NCBI GenBank assembly: GCA_947630955.1 | Contig: CANRJK010000003.1 | Coordinates: 1 to 40,072 of the forward strand | DNA: 40,072 nucleotides | DNA from: an uncultured Bacilli bacterium | Lineage (GTDB): Bacteria > Bacillota_I > Bacilli_A > RF39 > UBA660 | Reading direction: 5' to 3' | Shown: in pieces, positions 18,584 through 26,172 of the stretch | Layout of the letters: every line of letters begins with the position of its first letter | How positions within the stretch are numbered: position 1 is the stretch's first letter | Program-made: the position numbers and the translations under genes | Notes under the pieces: generated by a model | Database searches by the model: none | What the model saw: only the letters and a program-made list of their open reading frames with translations | Told to the model about the DNA's origin: nothing

Positions 18584-19462
18584 ATGGTAACGGCAAGTTT
18601 AGTTAAAGAGTTAAGAGAAAAAACAGGTGCTGGAATGCTTGATTGTAAAAAAGCTTTAGAAGCAACTAATGCAGATATTGATGCTGCTATTGATTGGTTA
18701 AGAGAAAAAGGTATTTCCAAAGCAGCTAAAAAAGCAGATCGTATTGCAGCTGAAGGTGTAGCTGCCATTAAAATAGATGGTAATGTAGCTGCTATCGTTG
18801 AAGTTAATTCAGAAACTGATTTTGTAGCTAAGAATAAAGAATTTACTTCAATGGTTGATACAATTTTAGATTCTATTATTGCTAATGATGTTAAAACTTT
18901 AGATGATGTTTTGAACCTTCAAGTTGAAGGTGGAACTATAAATGACCTAATTATTAGTAAAACAGCTACTATTGGTGAAAAATTAAGTCTTCGTCGTTTT
19001 GAACGTGTTATTAAAGATGATGATGAAGCTTTTGGTGATTATATTCATATGGGTGGAAAGATTGCTGTTTTAACAGTTGTTAAAGGTGCTTCAAGTGAAG
19101 TAGCTAAAGATGTTTCAATGCACGCAGCTGCAATGCGTCCTACATATGTTAAATCAACTGATGTTCCAACTGAGGTTTTAGATAAAGAAAAAGAAATAAT
19201 GAAAGAACAACTTCTTAATGAAGGAAAACCAGCTGATCGTATTGAACAAATATTAGTTGGTAAAGTTAATAAATACTATGAAGAAGTATGTTTAGAAAAT
19301 CAAATCTTTGTTAAAGCTGAAAATAAGGAAACAGTAGCTAAGTTTGTTGCTAATAACGGTGGAACAATTTCAAAGATGATTAGATTTGAAGTTGGTGAAG
19401 GAATGCAAAAAAGAGAAGAAAACTTTGCTGAAGAAGTTGCTAAACAAATGAAAGCTAATTAA
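18584..19462 (+). CDS. tsf: Elongation factor Ts
   Basis: VKELREKTGAGMLDCKKAL, AAEG, EVNSETDFVA and RFEVGEG. Confidence 0.98.
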   Translation: MVTASLVKELREKTGAGMLDCKKALEATNADIDAAIDWLREKGISKAAKKADRIAAEGVAAIKIDGNVAAIVEVNSETDFVAKNKEFTSMVDTILDSIIANDVKTLDDVLNLQVEGGTINDLIISKTATIGEKLSLRRFERVIKDDDEAFGDYIHMGGKIAVLTVVKGASSEVAKDVSMHAAAMRPTYVKSTDVPTEVLDKEKEIMKEQLLNEGKPADRIEQILVGKVNKYYEEVCLENQIFVKAENKETVAKFVANNGGTISKMIRFEVGEGMQKREENFAEEVAKQMKAN

Positions 19463-19464
19463 AT

Positions 19465-19491
19465 AGAATGGTTAAGTCCATTCTTTTTTTT
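19465..19491 (+). terminator. Intrinsic terminator after tsf
   Basis: AGAATGG-ttaagt-CCATTCT followed by a T run. Confidence 0.7.
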
Positions 19492-19606
19492 ATAAATAAT
19501 TGTATTTTGGTTATATTAACTATAGGAATTATATGAAAAATAGTGATAAAAAATATCTCATATGTGACATAATTAGAAAAAATTTTTTGTTTTTTGACAA
19601 AAATGG

Positions 19607-19636
19607 TTGCAAAAACAATAGGTTTTATTATATAAT
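19607..19636 (+). promoter_or_regulatory. Candidate sigmaA promoter of the fibre operon
   Basis: TTGCAA (19607-19612), 18-nt spacer, TATAAT (19631-19636). Confidence 0.5.
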
Positions 19637-19791
19637 TCTTATAGGGTATGGTATGATATAGTGATATATTTAAATCGTAAGGTAATAACTTATGAAAATA
19701 TCCGGTTGTGAAAGAGGTGTTGAATGAGAAGTTAAAATTTTAATATGCTAGATTAGTATAGACTTTATTAAGATTATAGGTGGTGATATAG

Positions 19792-20415
19792 TTGCGAAAA
19801 CGAAGTATGTTATTTGGTATGATTGGTGTTTTATGTTCATTAGTTTTAGTTATGGGTGTTGTTTATGCAACGCTTAATACCGTTTTAAATATAAATTTCG
19901 GTAGCAGTTCGTCTTCAGCTGTTGTACAGAAAGGTTCAACTTGGGATATCAGTTTTCTTACAGGAGCCGATAATTTGACGATTACTAAGACTGGTGGGAA
20001 TGAGTCAACAACTGATGTTTACTGTAATGATGGCCCAAATATGAGTCAACCAACTATTACAGGAACAGAGATTAGTGGAATAAATATTCAACTAACAAAA
20101 AAAGGTGATCAATGCTCTTACGCTTTTAAAGTAAAGAACAATGGTACTTTGAAAGCTAAGTTAAATGCTATTTCATTAACTAAACCTAATACAGCTTGTA
20201 CTACACCTAGTGTTAGTAGTATGGTATGTGGTAACATAACATATTCATTAAAATATGACAGTGCTTCTGGAACAGCACTTACAGCATCTGATACATTAGA
20301 TAATGGTATTACGAAAACAATCGTTTTAACAGCTGCATATACTGGGAGTGCAACTGTTAGTAGTGATATTGCTTATAATGGATTTGGTGCTACTTTAAAT
20401 TATATTCAAAATTAA
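19792..20415 (+). CDS. TasA/camelysin-like secreted subunit 1 (most divergent copy, TTG start)
   Basis: Signal peptide ending VVYA|TLNT; KGDQCSYAFKVKNNGTL core motif; 4 Cys in the mature chain; ends NYIQN. Confidence 0.7.
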   Translation: MRKRSMLFGMIGVLCSLVLVMGVVYATLNTVLNINFGSSSSSAVVQKGSTWDISFLTGADNLTITKTGGNESTTDVYCNDGPNMSQPTITGTEISGINIQLTKKGDQCSYAFKVKNNGTLKAKLNAISLTKPNTACTTPSVSSMVCGNITYSLKYDSASGTALTASDTLDNGITKTIVLTAAYTGSATVSSDIAYNGFGATLNYIQN

Positions 20416-20433
20416 AAGGAAGGAAATGATAAA

Positions 20434-21027
20434 ATGAAAAATAAGAAAACTTTAACTTTAGTAGTAGTAGCTTTAGTAGCTGTAGTTGTTGGATTAACAA
20501 TTGTTTATGCAACATTAAGCACTAATTTATCAATTACATTTGGTTCAAGTGCTGACGATGCAATTACACAAAAAAGCGCTACATGGGATGTAAAATTTGA
20601 TGCAACACAATCAACTGTAACAGGAACAGCAGCTGGTTATAGTGGAGTAAAATGTGGAGACGCTACAGTAACTGATTTAGGTGTTACAATTGGAAAAACT
20701 GAATTTTATACACAAGGAGATTCTTGTACATGGAGTAATATAACTATTAAAAATGGTGGTACATTAAATGCTAAATTAAATAGTTTTACATGGACACAAC
20801 CAACAGGAGGAGAATGCTCAGGTAGTACAAATGGTACTTATGTATGTGGACCTATTACTTACAAAATCTTAGATGCTTCAACAAGTTCTGAATTAGCAGT
20901 TAATAAAACACTTGATAACCAAAAAGATATAAAAGTTAATGTTAAAGCTGAATTAACTCAAGCAAACAGTGGTTCAGATATATCACAATATGGTGGTAAA
21001 GTGCAACTTAACTGGATACAAAATTAA
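20434..21027 (+). CDS. TasA/camelysin-like secreted subunit 2
   Basis: Signal ending IVYA|TLST; QGDSCTW..ITIKNGGTL; 4 Cys; ends KVQLNWIQN. Confidence 0.7.
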   Translation: MKNKKTLTLVVVALVAVVVGLTIVYATLSTNLSITFGSSADDAITQKSATWDVKFDATQSTVTGTAAGYSGVKCGDATVTDLGVTIGKTEFYTQGDSCTWSNITIKNGGTLNAKLNSFTWTQPTGGECSGSTNGTYVCGPITYKILDASTSSELAVNKTLDNQKDIKVNVKAELTQANSGSDISQYGGKVQLNWIQN

Positions 21028-21054
21028 TTTTTGAAACTTTAAGGAGAACTTAAA

Positions 21055-21645
21055 ATGAATAATAGAAAAAAATTAACAACTATTTTATCAGTGTTAATTG
21101 TTGCTGTTTTTTGCTTAACGGTTGTTTTTGCAGCATTAGGACAAAATTTAATTTCTACTTTCGGTAGTGGATCATCTGCAGCTATTGTTCAAAAAGGAGC
21201 AAGCTGGAATGTAGGTTTTGAAACAGCTAGTTCTGTAACTGCGACAAAGACAGGATATAGTGGCGTTACTTGTGGTAACGCTACTGTATCAGCTACCGCT
21301 GTAACTATTCCAAGTGTCGCTTTATATACACCAGGTGATTCATGTACTTGGAACGTAACAATAAAAAATACAGGTGGTTTAAAAGCAAAATTAAAAAGCT
21401 TTACATGGACGCAACCAACTGGTGCGACATGTACAAGTAGTAGTACTGGAACTTATGTATGTGGTAATGTTACTTATTCTGTTTTAAAAGGTGATGCTGT
21501 TCTTGCTGTTGGTGAACAACTTCCGGCTTCAACGGGTAGTGTTGCTGTTAAAATAAAAGTAGAAATACCTTCAAATAAGTCAATCAGTTCAAGTGATGTG
21601 ACACATTATAATGGTAAAGTGCAACTAAATTGGGAACAAGATTAG
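21055..21645 (+). CDS. TasA/camelysin-like secreted subunit 3
   Basis: Signal ending VVFA|ALGQ; PGDSCTWNVTIKNTG; 4 Cys in the mature chain; ends KVQLNWEQD. Confidence 0.7.
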   Translation: MNNRKKLTTILSVLIVAVFCLTVVFAALGQNLISTFGSGSSAAIVQKGASWNVGFETASSVTATKTGYSGVTCGNATVSATAVTIPSVALYTPGDSCTWNVTIKNTGGLKAKLKSFTWTQPTGATCTSSSTGTYVCGNVTYSVLKGDAVLAVGEQLPASTGSVAVKIKVEIPSNKSISSSDVTHYNGKVQLNWEQD

Positions 21646-21667
21646 TAAAAATATAAGGAGGACTTGT

Positions 21668-22255
21668 ATGAAAAACCAAAAAAATTTAACAATTGCTTTA
21701 ACAGTGTTGATTGCTGTTGTTGGTTTAACAATCGTTTATGCAGCTTTGAGCCAAAACTTATCAATTACTTTTGGTAGCAGTGCATCTTCAGCTGTTGTAC
21801 AGAAAGGCTCAACTTGGGATATTGGGTTTGATACAGAAACTGCAACAGTAAATGGAACAAAGACTGGATATAGTTTAGCTACTTGTGGTACTGCAAGTGT
21901 TACTAAAGAGGGTGTTACAATATCTTCAGCAACTTTATACACACCAGGCGATTCATGTACTTGGAATGTTAAAGTTAAAAATAATGGTAATTTAAATGCT
22001 AAATTAAATAGTTTTACATGGACACAACCACAAGGTGGAACTTGTGATGAAAGTAGTAATAATACTTATACTTGTGGTAATATTAAATATAGTGTTTTAA
22101 AAGGTACTGCTGCACTAGCTGCTAATGAAAAATTAACTGGTGGTGCAAGTGTTGATCTTACTATTAAAGTTGAAATTCCAGCAGATAAAAATCTTTCTGG
22201 TACTGATGTATCTCAATATAATGGTAAGGTACAACTTAACTGGGTACAAGATTAA
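21668..22255 (+). CDS. TasA/camelysin-like secreted subunit 4
   Basis: Signal ending IVYA|ALSQ; PGDSCTWNVKVKNNG; 4 Cys; ends KVQLNWVQD. Confidence 0.7.
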   Translation: MKNQKNLTIALTVLIAVVGLTIVYAALSQNLSITFGSSASSAVVQKGSTWDIGFDTETATVNGTKTGYSLATCGTASVTKEGVTISSATLYTPGDSCTWNVKVKNNGNLNAKLNSFTWTQPQGGTCDESSNNTYTCGNIKYSVLKGTAALAANEKLTGGASVDLTIKVEIPADKNLSGTDVSQYNGKVQLNWVQD

Positions 22256-22277
22256 TAAAAGTATATAGGAGGATATA

Positions 22278-22874
22278 ATGAAAAACAAAGATAAAAAGAA
22301 TTTAACTATTGTTGCTGTAACATTAGTTGTTGCTGTTTTAGGCTTAACTATTGTTTTCGCAACATTAAGTACAAACTTATCAATTACTTTTGGTTCTGAT
22401 TCTGATAATGCAATCACTCAAAAGGGTGCTCAATGGAAAATTGCTTTCGATACAACTAGTCCAACAGTAGATGGTACAAAATCAGGATATAGTGCTGTAA
22501 CTTGTGGTACTGCAAATGTTACTGAAGAAGGAGTTACATTGTCTTCAGTAGCTTTATATACACCAGGTGATTCATGTACTTATAGTGTTAAAGTTAAAAA
22601 CGATGGTGACTTAAACGCTAAATTAAATAGTTTTACATGGACAAAACCAGAAGGTGGTGCATCATGTACTGAAAGTACTACTAACACTTATAAATGTGGT
22701 GATATAACTTATAGTGTTTTAAAAGCTGGTTCTGCACTTGAAACTAATGAAAAATTAGCATCTAAAGGTAGTGTTGACCTTACTATTAAGGTTTCTTATG
22801 ATGGTGCTAGTGTTAGTGCAAAAGAAGTAAAACGATATAATGGTAAAGTACAACTTAACTGGGTACAAGATTAG
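22278..22874 (+). CDS. TasA/camelysin-like secreted subunit 5
   Basis: Signal ending IVFA|TLST; PGDSCTYSVKVKNDG; 4 Cys; ends KVQLNWVQD. Confidence 0.7.
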   Translation: MKNKDKKNLTIVAVTLVVAVLGLTIVFATLSTNLSITFGSDSDNAITQKGAQWKIAFDTTSPTVDGTKSGYSAVTCGTANVTEEGVTLSSVALYTPGDSCTYSVKVKNDGDLNAKLNSFTWTKPEGGASCTESTTNTYKCGDITYSVLKAGSALETNEKLASKGSVDLTIKVSYDGASVSAKEVKRYNGKVQLNWVQD

Positions 22875-22919
22875 TTTGAATTATTTATTATTTAATAGGA
22901 ATGAAAAAAGGGTGAAGTT

Positions 22920-24065
22920 ATGAAAAAAGAGTCACAACGTATTTTATTAGTAGAAATTTTGCTTATTTTGGTTTCTTTTGTTCAATTTTTCATCATAAGA
23001 AGATTTTCTCTTTGGATTTATTTAATTCCTATTTTAGCTATTGCAATTTTTAGTTATTTCTTTATTGGCTTGCCAAAACGAGCTGAAAGAGGGTCAAAAG
23101 ATGTTTTGTTAGTACTAATAATTGGATGTATTAGTTACTATCTTCTCATTTATTTTATTGGATTTTTTTCTGGCTTTTTGATTACTGGTTACGGACATAC
23201 CCCTTTAACACTTTTTCAGAATATTTTTCCACACTTGGTATTTATTATACTTATTGAGTATATTAGATCGATGGTGGTTAAGAAAGGAAAGTTTGATAAA
23301 AAGATTATAATTTTATCAGTATTTGCTTTCTTCTGTGTTGATGTGGCCCTTAAATTTTCTCTATTGCAGGTTGATTCTAGAGAAGCGGTATTAAAGGTTA
23401 TTCTTAATGCCATAATTCCAACTTTGATAAAAACAGCTTTACTTACTTATATAACATATACTACTGAAGCTAAAAATAGTATTGTTTATCACTGTTTGAT
23501 GGAGCTTCCCGTTTATATTATCCCTATATTCCCAGATTTAGGTGATTATATTTCCAATATTTTCTTAATCGTACAGCCAATGCTGATGATAGTATTTATC
23601 TATAAGATTTTATATGATAAAAGAGAAAAAATTGAAAATAGTAGGCGGACGGTTAAATTCAATAAATATCAAAGAATTTTACAAGCATTTTTAGTTTTAT
23701 TACTTGTCGTAGTTGTTGTCTTAGTAAGTGGAGTTGGACGTTATGTTGCTTTAGCGATTGGTTCAGAATCGATGACAGGTACAATCGATAAAGGTGATGT
23801 TATTGTTATCGATAAAAAAGATAAAAATTATAAAGTAGGAGCAATAATTGCTTTTGAATATGATGGTCGTGTCTTAGTACATAGAATTATGGAAATAAAC
23901 GAAACTGAAAAAGAAGTTAGTTATCAGACTAAAGGTGATTACAACAAAGATAAAGATGCATGGGTAGTTAAACCAGAGACAATTATTGGCGTAGTAAAGT
24001 TTAGATTATGGGGGATTGGTTGGCCAACAGTCAAATTAAGTGAATGGATGGAAGGTGATCGATAA
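22920..24065 (+). CDS. sipW: SipW-type (ER-type, S26B) signal peptidase I fused to an N-terminal polytopic membrane domain
   Basis: GSESMTG (catalytic Ser), KGDVIV, LVHRI (catalytic His) and TKGDYN..KD; about 8-9 hydrophobic segments in the first ~275 aa. Confidence 0.85.
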   Translation: MKKESQRILLVEILLILVSFVQFFIIRRFSLWIYLIPILAIAIFSYFFIGLPKRAERGSKDVLLVLIIGCISYYLLIYFIGFFSGFLITGYGHTPLTLFQNIFPHLVFIILIEYIRSMVVKKGKFDKKIIILSVFAFFCVDVALKFSLLQVDSREAVLKVILNAIIPTLIKTALLTYITYTTEAKNSIVYHCLMELPVYIIPIFPDLGDYISNIFLIVQPMLMIVFIYKILYDKREKIENSRRTVKFNKYQRILQAFLVLLLVVVVVLVSGVGRYVALAIGSESMTGTIDKGDVIVIDKKDKNYKVGAIIAFEYDGRVLVHRIMEINETEKEVSYQTKGDYNKDKDAWVVKPETIIGVVKFRLWGIGWPTVKLSEWMEGDR

Positions 24066-24066
24066 A

Positions 24067-25467
24067 ATGAATGAAGATGGAAAAAAAGGTAATTTAGATT
24101 CAGATAAAATCTCTTCTATTAGTGATATTATAGATTTTGATTTAGATGATGAATCTTTAGATGATGAATTGATAAGCAAAGATTCAATTACAAAACCACT
24201 TACTTCCACTGATGATACTTTTAATAAAGAAAAGTTGGGTTCTACTCTTAAAAGGGAAGAATCAGCTAATCCTAAAAGTGTTAGCAAATCTCACTCGCCA
24301 ATAGATCAAAGTAGTTCAGTAAAAAACACCAGTAAAAGTAGTACACAAGGTTCTATTTTAGATGCTGTTAAAGAAGAACAAAAGAAGAATCAGTCACCTG
24401 ATGAAAATACTCATAAGGAACCTACTTATTCTAATAAAAAATCACTTATTAGAGCTCATATAAGTTTTGGAACAAGATTATTCTTTATGATGCTTGGTAT
24501 TATTATCTTCATCGTAGTAGCTGGTTTATCTATTTATGAGGCTTTTCGCTATGACCATAGTGAAACAGTTATCTATAATGAATCAGCAAATATTAATTAT
24601 CAAGTATGTTTAGGTAAAAATGATTTCTATGATGTTTCTTGTCTAGAAGAAGGTATGGAATATATTTCAATGATTACTAATCGTATTCCTATTGAATTCC
24701 AATACACTTCAAGTTATAGCAAGGAAATGGAATATAACTATGAATATTATGTTTCTGGTAAGTTAAAGATTTATGATCGTGATGATCCATCTAAAATTTT
24801 GTATAAAAGAACTGATGTTTTAGTTGATAATAAGCCTTTAAAAGGTAAAGGAAGTGCGATTGATTTATCAACTAAAGTAGATTTAGATTATAAGAAATAT
24901 AATGATTATGTTAATACTTATAAGAGTAAATATTTACTTAGTTCTGATGGTGTTATCGAAGTTTCTCTATATTTGAAAGGTGAAAATGAAACTAAGAGTG
25001 TAGCTACCATTTCTATACCATTATCTCAACAAACTTATGGTATAACAAAAGATACCGTAAATTCTGACGATCAAATGATGCTTGTTCGTGTTGGAAAATG
25101 GAATGAGACAAACTATGTTTGTATGGGAATTGGAATTCTTAGTCTATTGATATGTATTTTGATTTTTGTTCAAATGTTTGGTTTAATTAACAAAGGATCA
25201 GGAAGAAAAAGTAAATATCTTCAAACCTTAAATAAAATTTTAAGAGAATATGACCGTGTTATTGTTGTAGCTAAGACACCAGTTGAAGCTGATGACAGTA
25301 AAACAGTAATCCGCGTTGATTCTTTTGAAGAATTATTGGATGCTAGAGATAGTTTAGAAAAACCAATTATTTATTCAAAAATAAATGATGTTAAATCTGA
25401 ATTTACAGTAGAAGATAATGACAGAATATTTAAATATGTCATGAAAGAAGCAGATTATATAAATTAA
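24067..25467 (+). CDS. DUF5305-like two-TM membrane protein with a disordered acidic/Ser-rich N-terminus
   Basis: TM, extracellular beta-rich domain (INYQVCL..NDFY), TM, then ILREYDRVIV...VDSFEELLDARDSLEKPIIY; GAAGGTGA RBS favours ATG 24067. Confidence 0.65.
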   Translation: MNEDGKKGNLDSDKISSISDIIDFDLDDESLDDELISKDSITKPLTSTDDTFNKEKLGSTLKREESANPKSVSKSHSPIDQSSSVKNTSKSSTQGSILDAVKEEQKKNQSPDENTHKEPTYSNKKSLIRAHISFGTRLFFMMLGIIIFIVVAGLSIYEAFRYDHSETVIYNESANINYQVCLGKNDFYDVSCLEEGMEYISMITNRIPIEFQYTSSYSKEMEYNYEYYVSGKLKIYDRDDPSKILYKRTDVLVDNKPLKGKGSAIDLSTKVDLDYKKYNDYVNTYKSKYLLSSDGVIEVSLYLKGENETKSVATISIPLSQQTYGITKDTVNSDDQMMLVRVGKWNETNYVCMGIGILSLLICILIFVQMFGLINKGSGRKSKYLQTLNKILREYDRVIVVAKTPVEADDSKTVIRVDSFEELLDARDSLEKPIIYSKINDVKSEFTVEDNDRIFKYVMKEADYIN

Positions 25468-25480
25468 TAATTGCAAAAAG

Positions 25481-25509
25481 AAAAATCCTTTTAAAGGGAT
25501 TTTTTTTTT
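25481..25509. terminator. Bidirectional terminator between the fibre operon and yigZ
   Basis: AAAAATCCTT...AAGGGATTTTT hairpin flanked by A and T runs between convergent genes. Confidence 0.65.
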
Positions 25510-26098
25510 ACTTTTTTTCTTTAATTAATATATCTTTTAAAACATTAAATGATAAAAGATAGGGTTCTAATTGCTTTATTACTTTATCATCTTTAGGTAT
25601 TTCGATAAGGTAGGTAATAACACTTTCATATTTTTTATTTTTAATTTTATAATCTTTTAATAAGTAATCTATTTTTTTTAAATTATCGTAGGTAAATTTA
25701 ATTTCGATTTCTTTTCCATCAATAAGATAGATAATATCTGCTTTGTCTAAACACTGCATTACACTGTCAAAGTAGGCTCTAACAAGTCCATTAGCGCCTA
25801 ATTTTATCCCACCGAAGTATCTTGTAACAATCGCTAAGACATGGTCTAATTCATTAATTTCAAGCGCTTTTAAGATAGGAAAGCCTGCTGTTTTGCTTGG
25901 TTCTTTATCATCACTAGCTTTTTTATATTCATCATAGATATAAGCATAACAGTTATGAGTAGCGTCCTTATAATCATTTTTAGTTTTATCAATGATTATT
26001 TTTATTTCGTCTATACTATTAATAGGATATAGGTGACAAATAAATTTAGAATTTTTTATTATCAATTCACTTGTCACTATTTTGTCTATTGATTTCAT
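25508..26098 (-). CDS. yigZ: YigZ/IMPACT family protein
   Basis: IKNSKF, ATHNCYAY, DDKEPSKTAG and VTRYFGGIKLGANGLVRAY. Confidence 0.92.
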   Translation of the reverse strand: MKSIDKIVTSELIIKNSKFICHLYPINSIDEIKIIIDKTKNDYKDATHNCYAYIYDEYKKASDDKEPSKTAGFPILKALEINELDHVLAIVTRYFGGIKLGANGLVRAYFDSVMQCLDKADIIYLIDGKEIEIKFTYDNLKKIDYLLKDYKIKNKKYESVITYLIEIPKDDKVIKQLEPYLLSFNVLKDILIKEKK

Positions 26099-26172
26099 GT
26101 TATCACCACGTAAATTATAACTTATTCTTCTTCTTTTTTCAATTATATGGTAAAATTGAGTTGTGATGAATT

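Noticed and set aside
19492-19791. A second invertible element or Spo0A boxes upstream of the fibre operon
   Set aside because: No long inverted repeat or CTTAAGT-N5-ACTTAAG site found; TTTGACA near 19593 is only an imperfect 0A-like match
19792-22874. Array considered as a CRISPR, a DGR target/template set or silent pilin cassettes
   Set aside because: The repeats are whole genes, each with an RBS and signal peptide; there are no spacers, no reverse transcriptase and no adenine-specific mismatch pattern
19792-22874. Type IV pilin or sortase-pilin assignment
   Set aside because: No G|FxxxE class III signal, no LPxTG or C-terminal anchor, and no PilB/PilC/sortase genes; the adjacent peptidase is SipW-type
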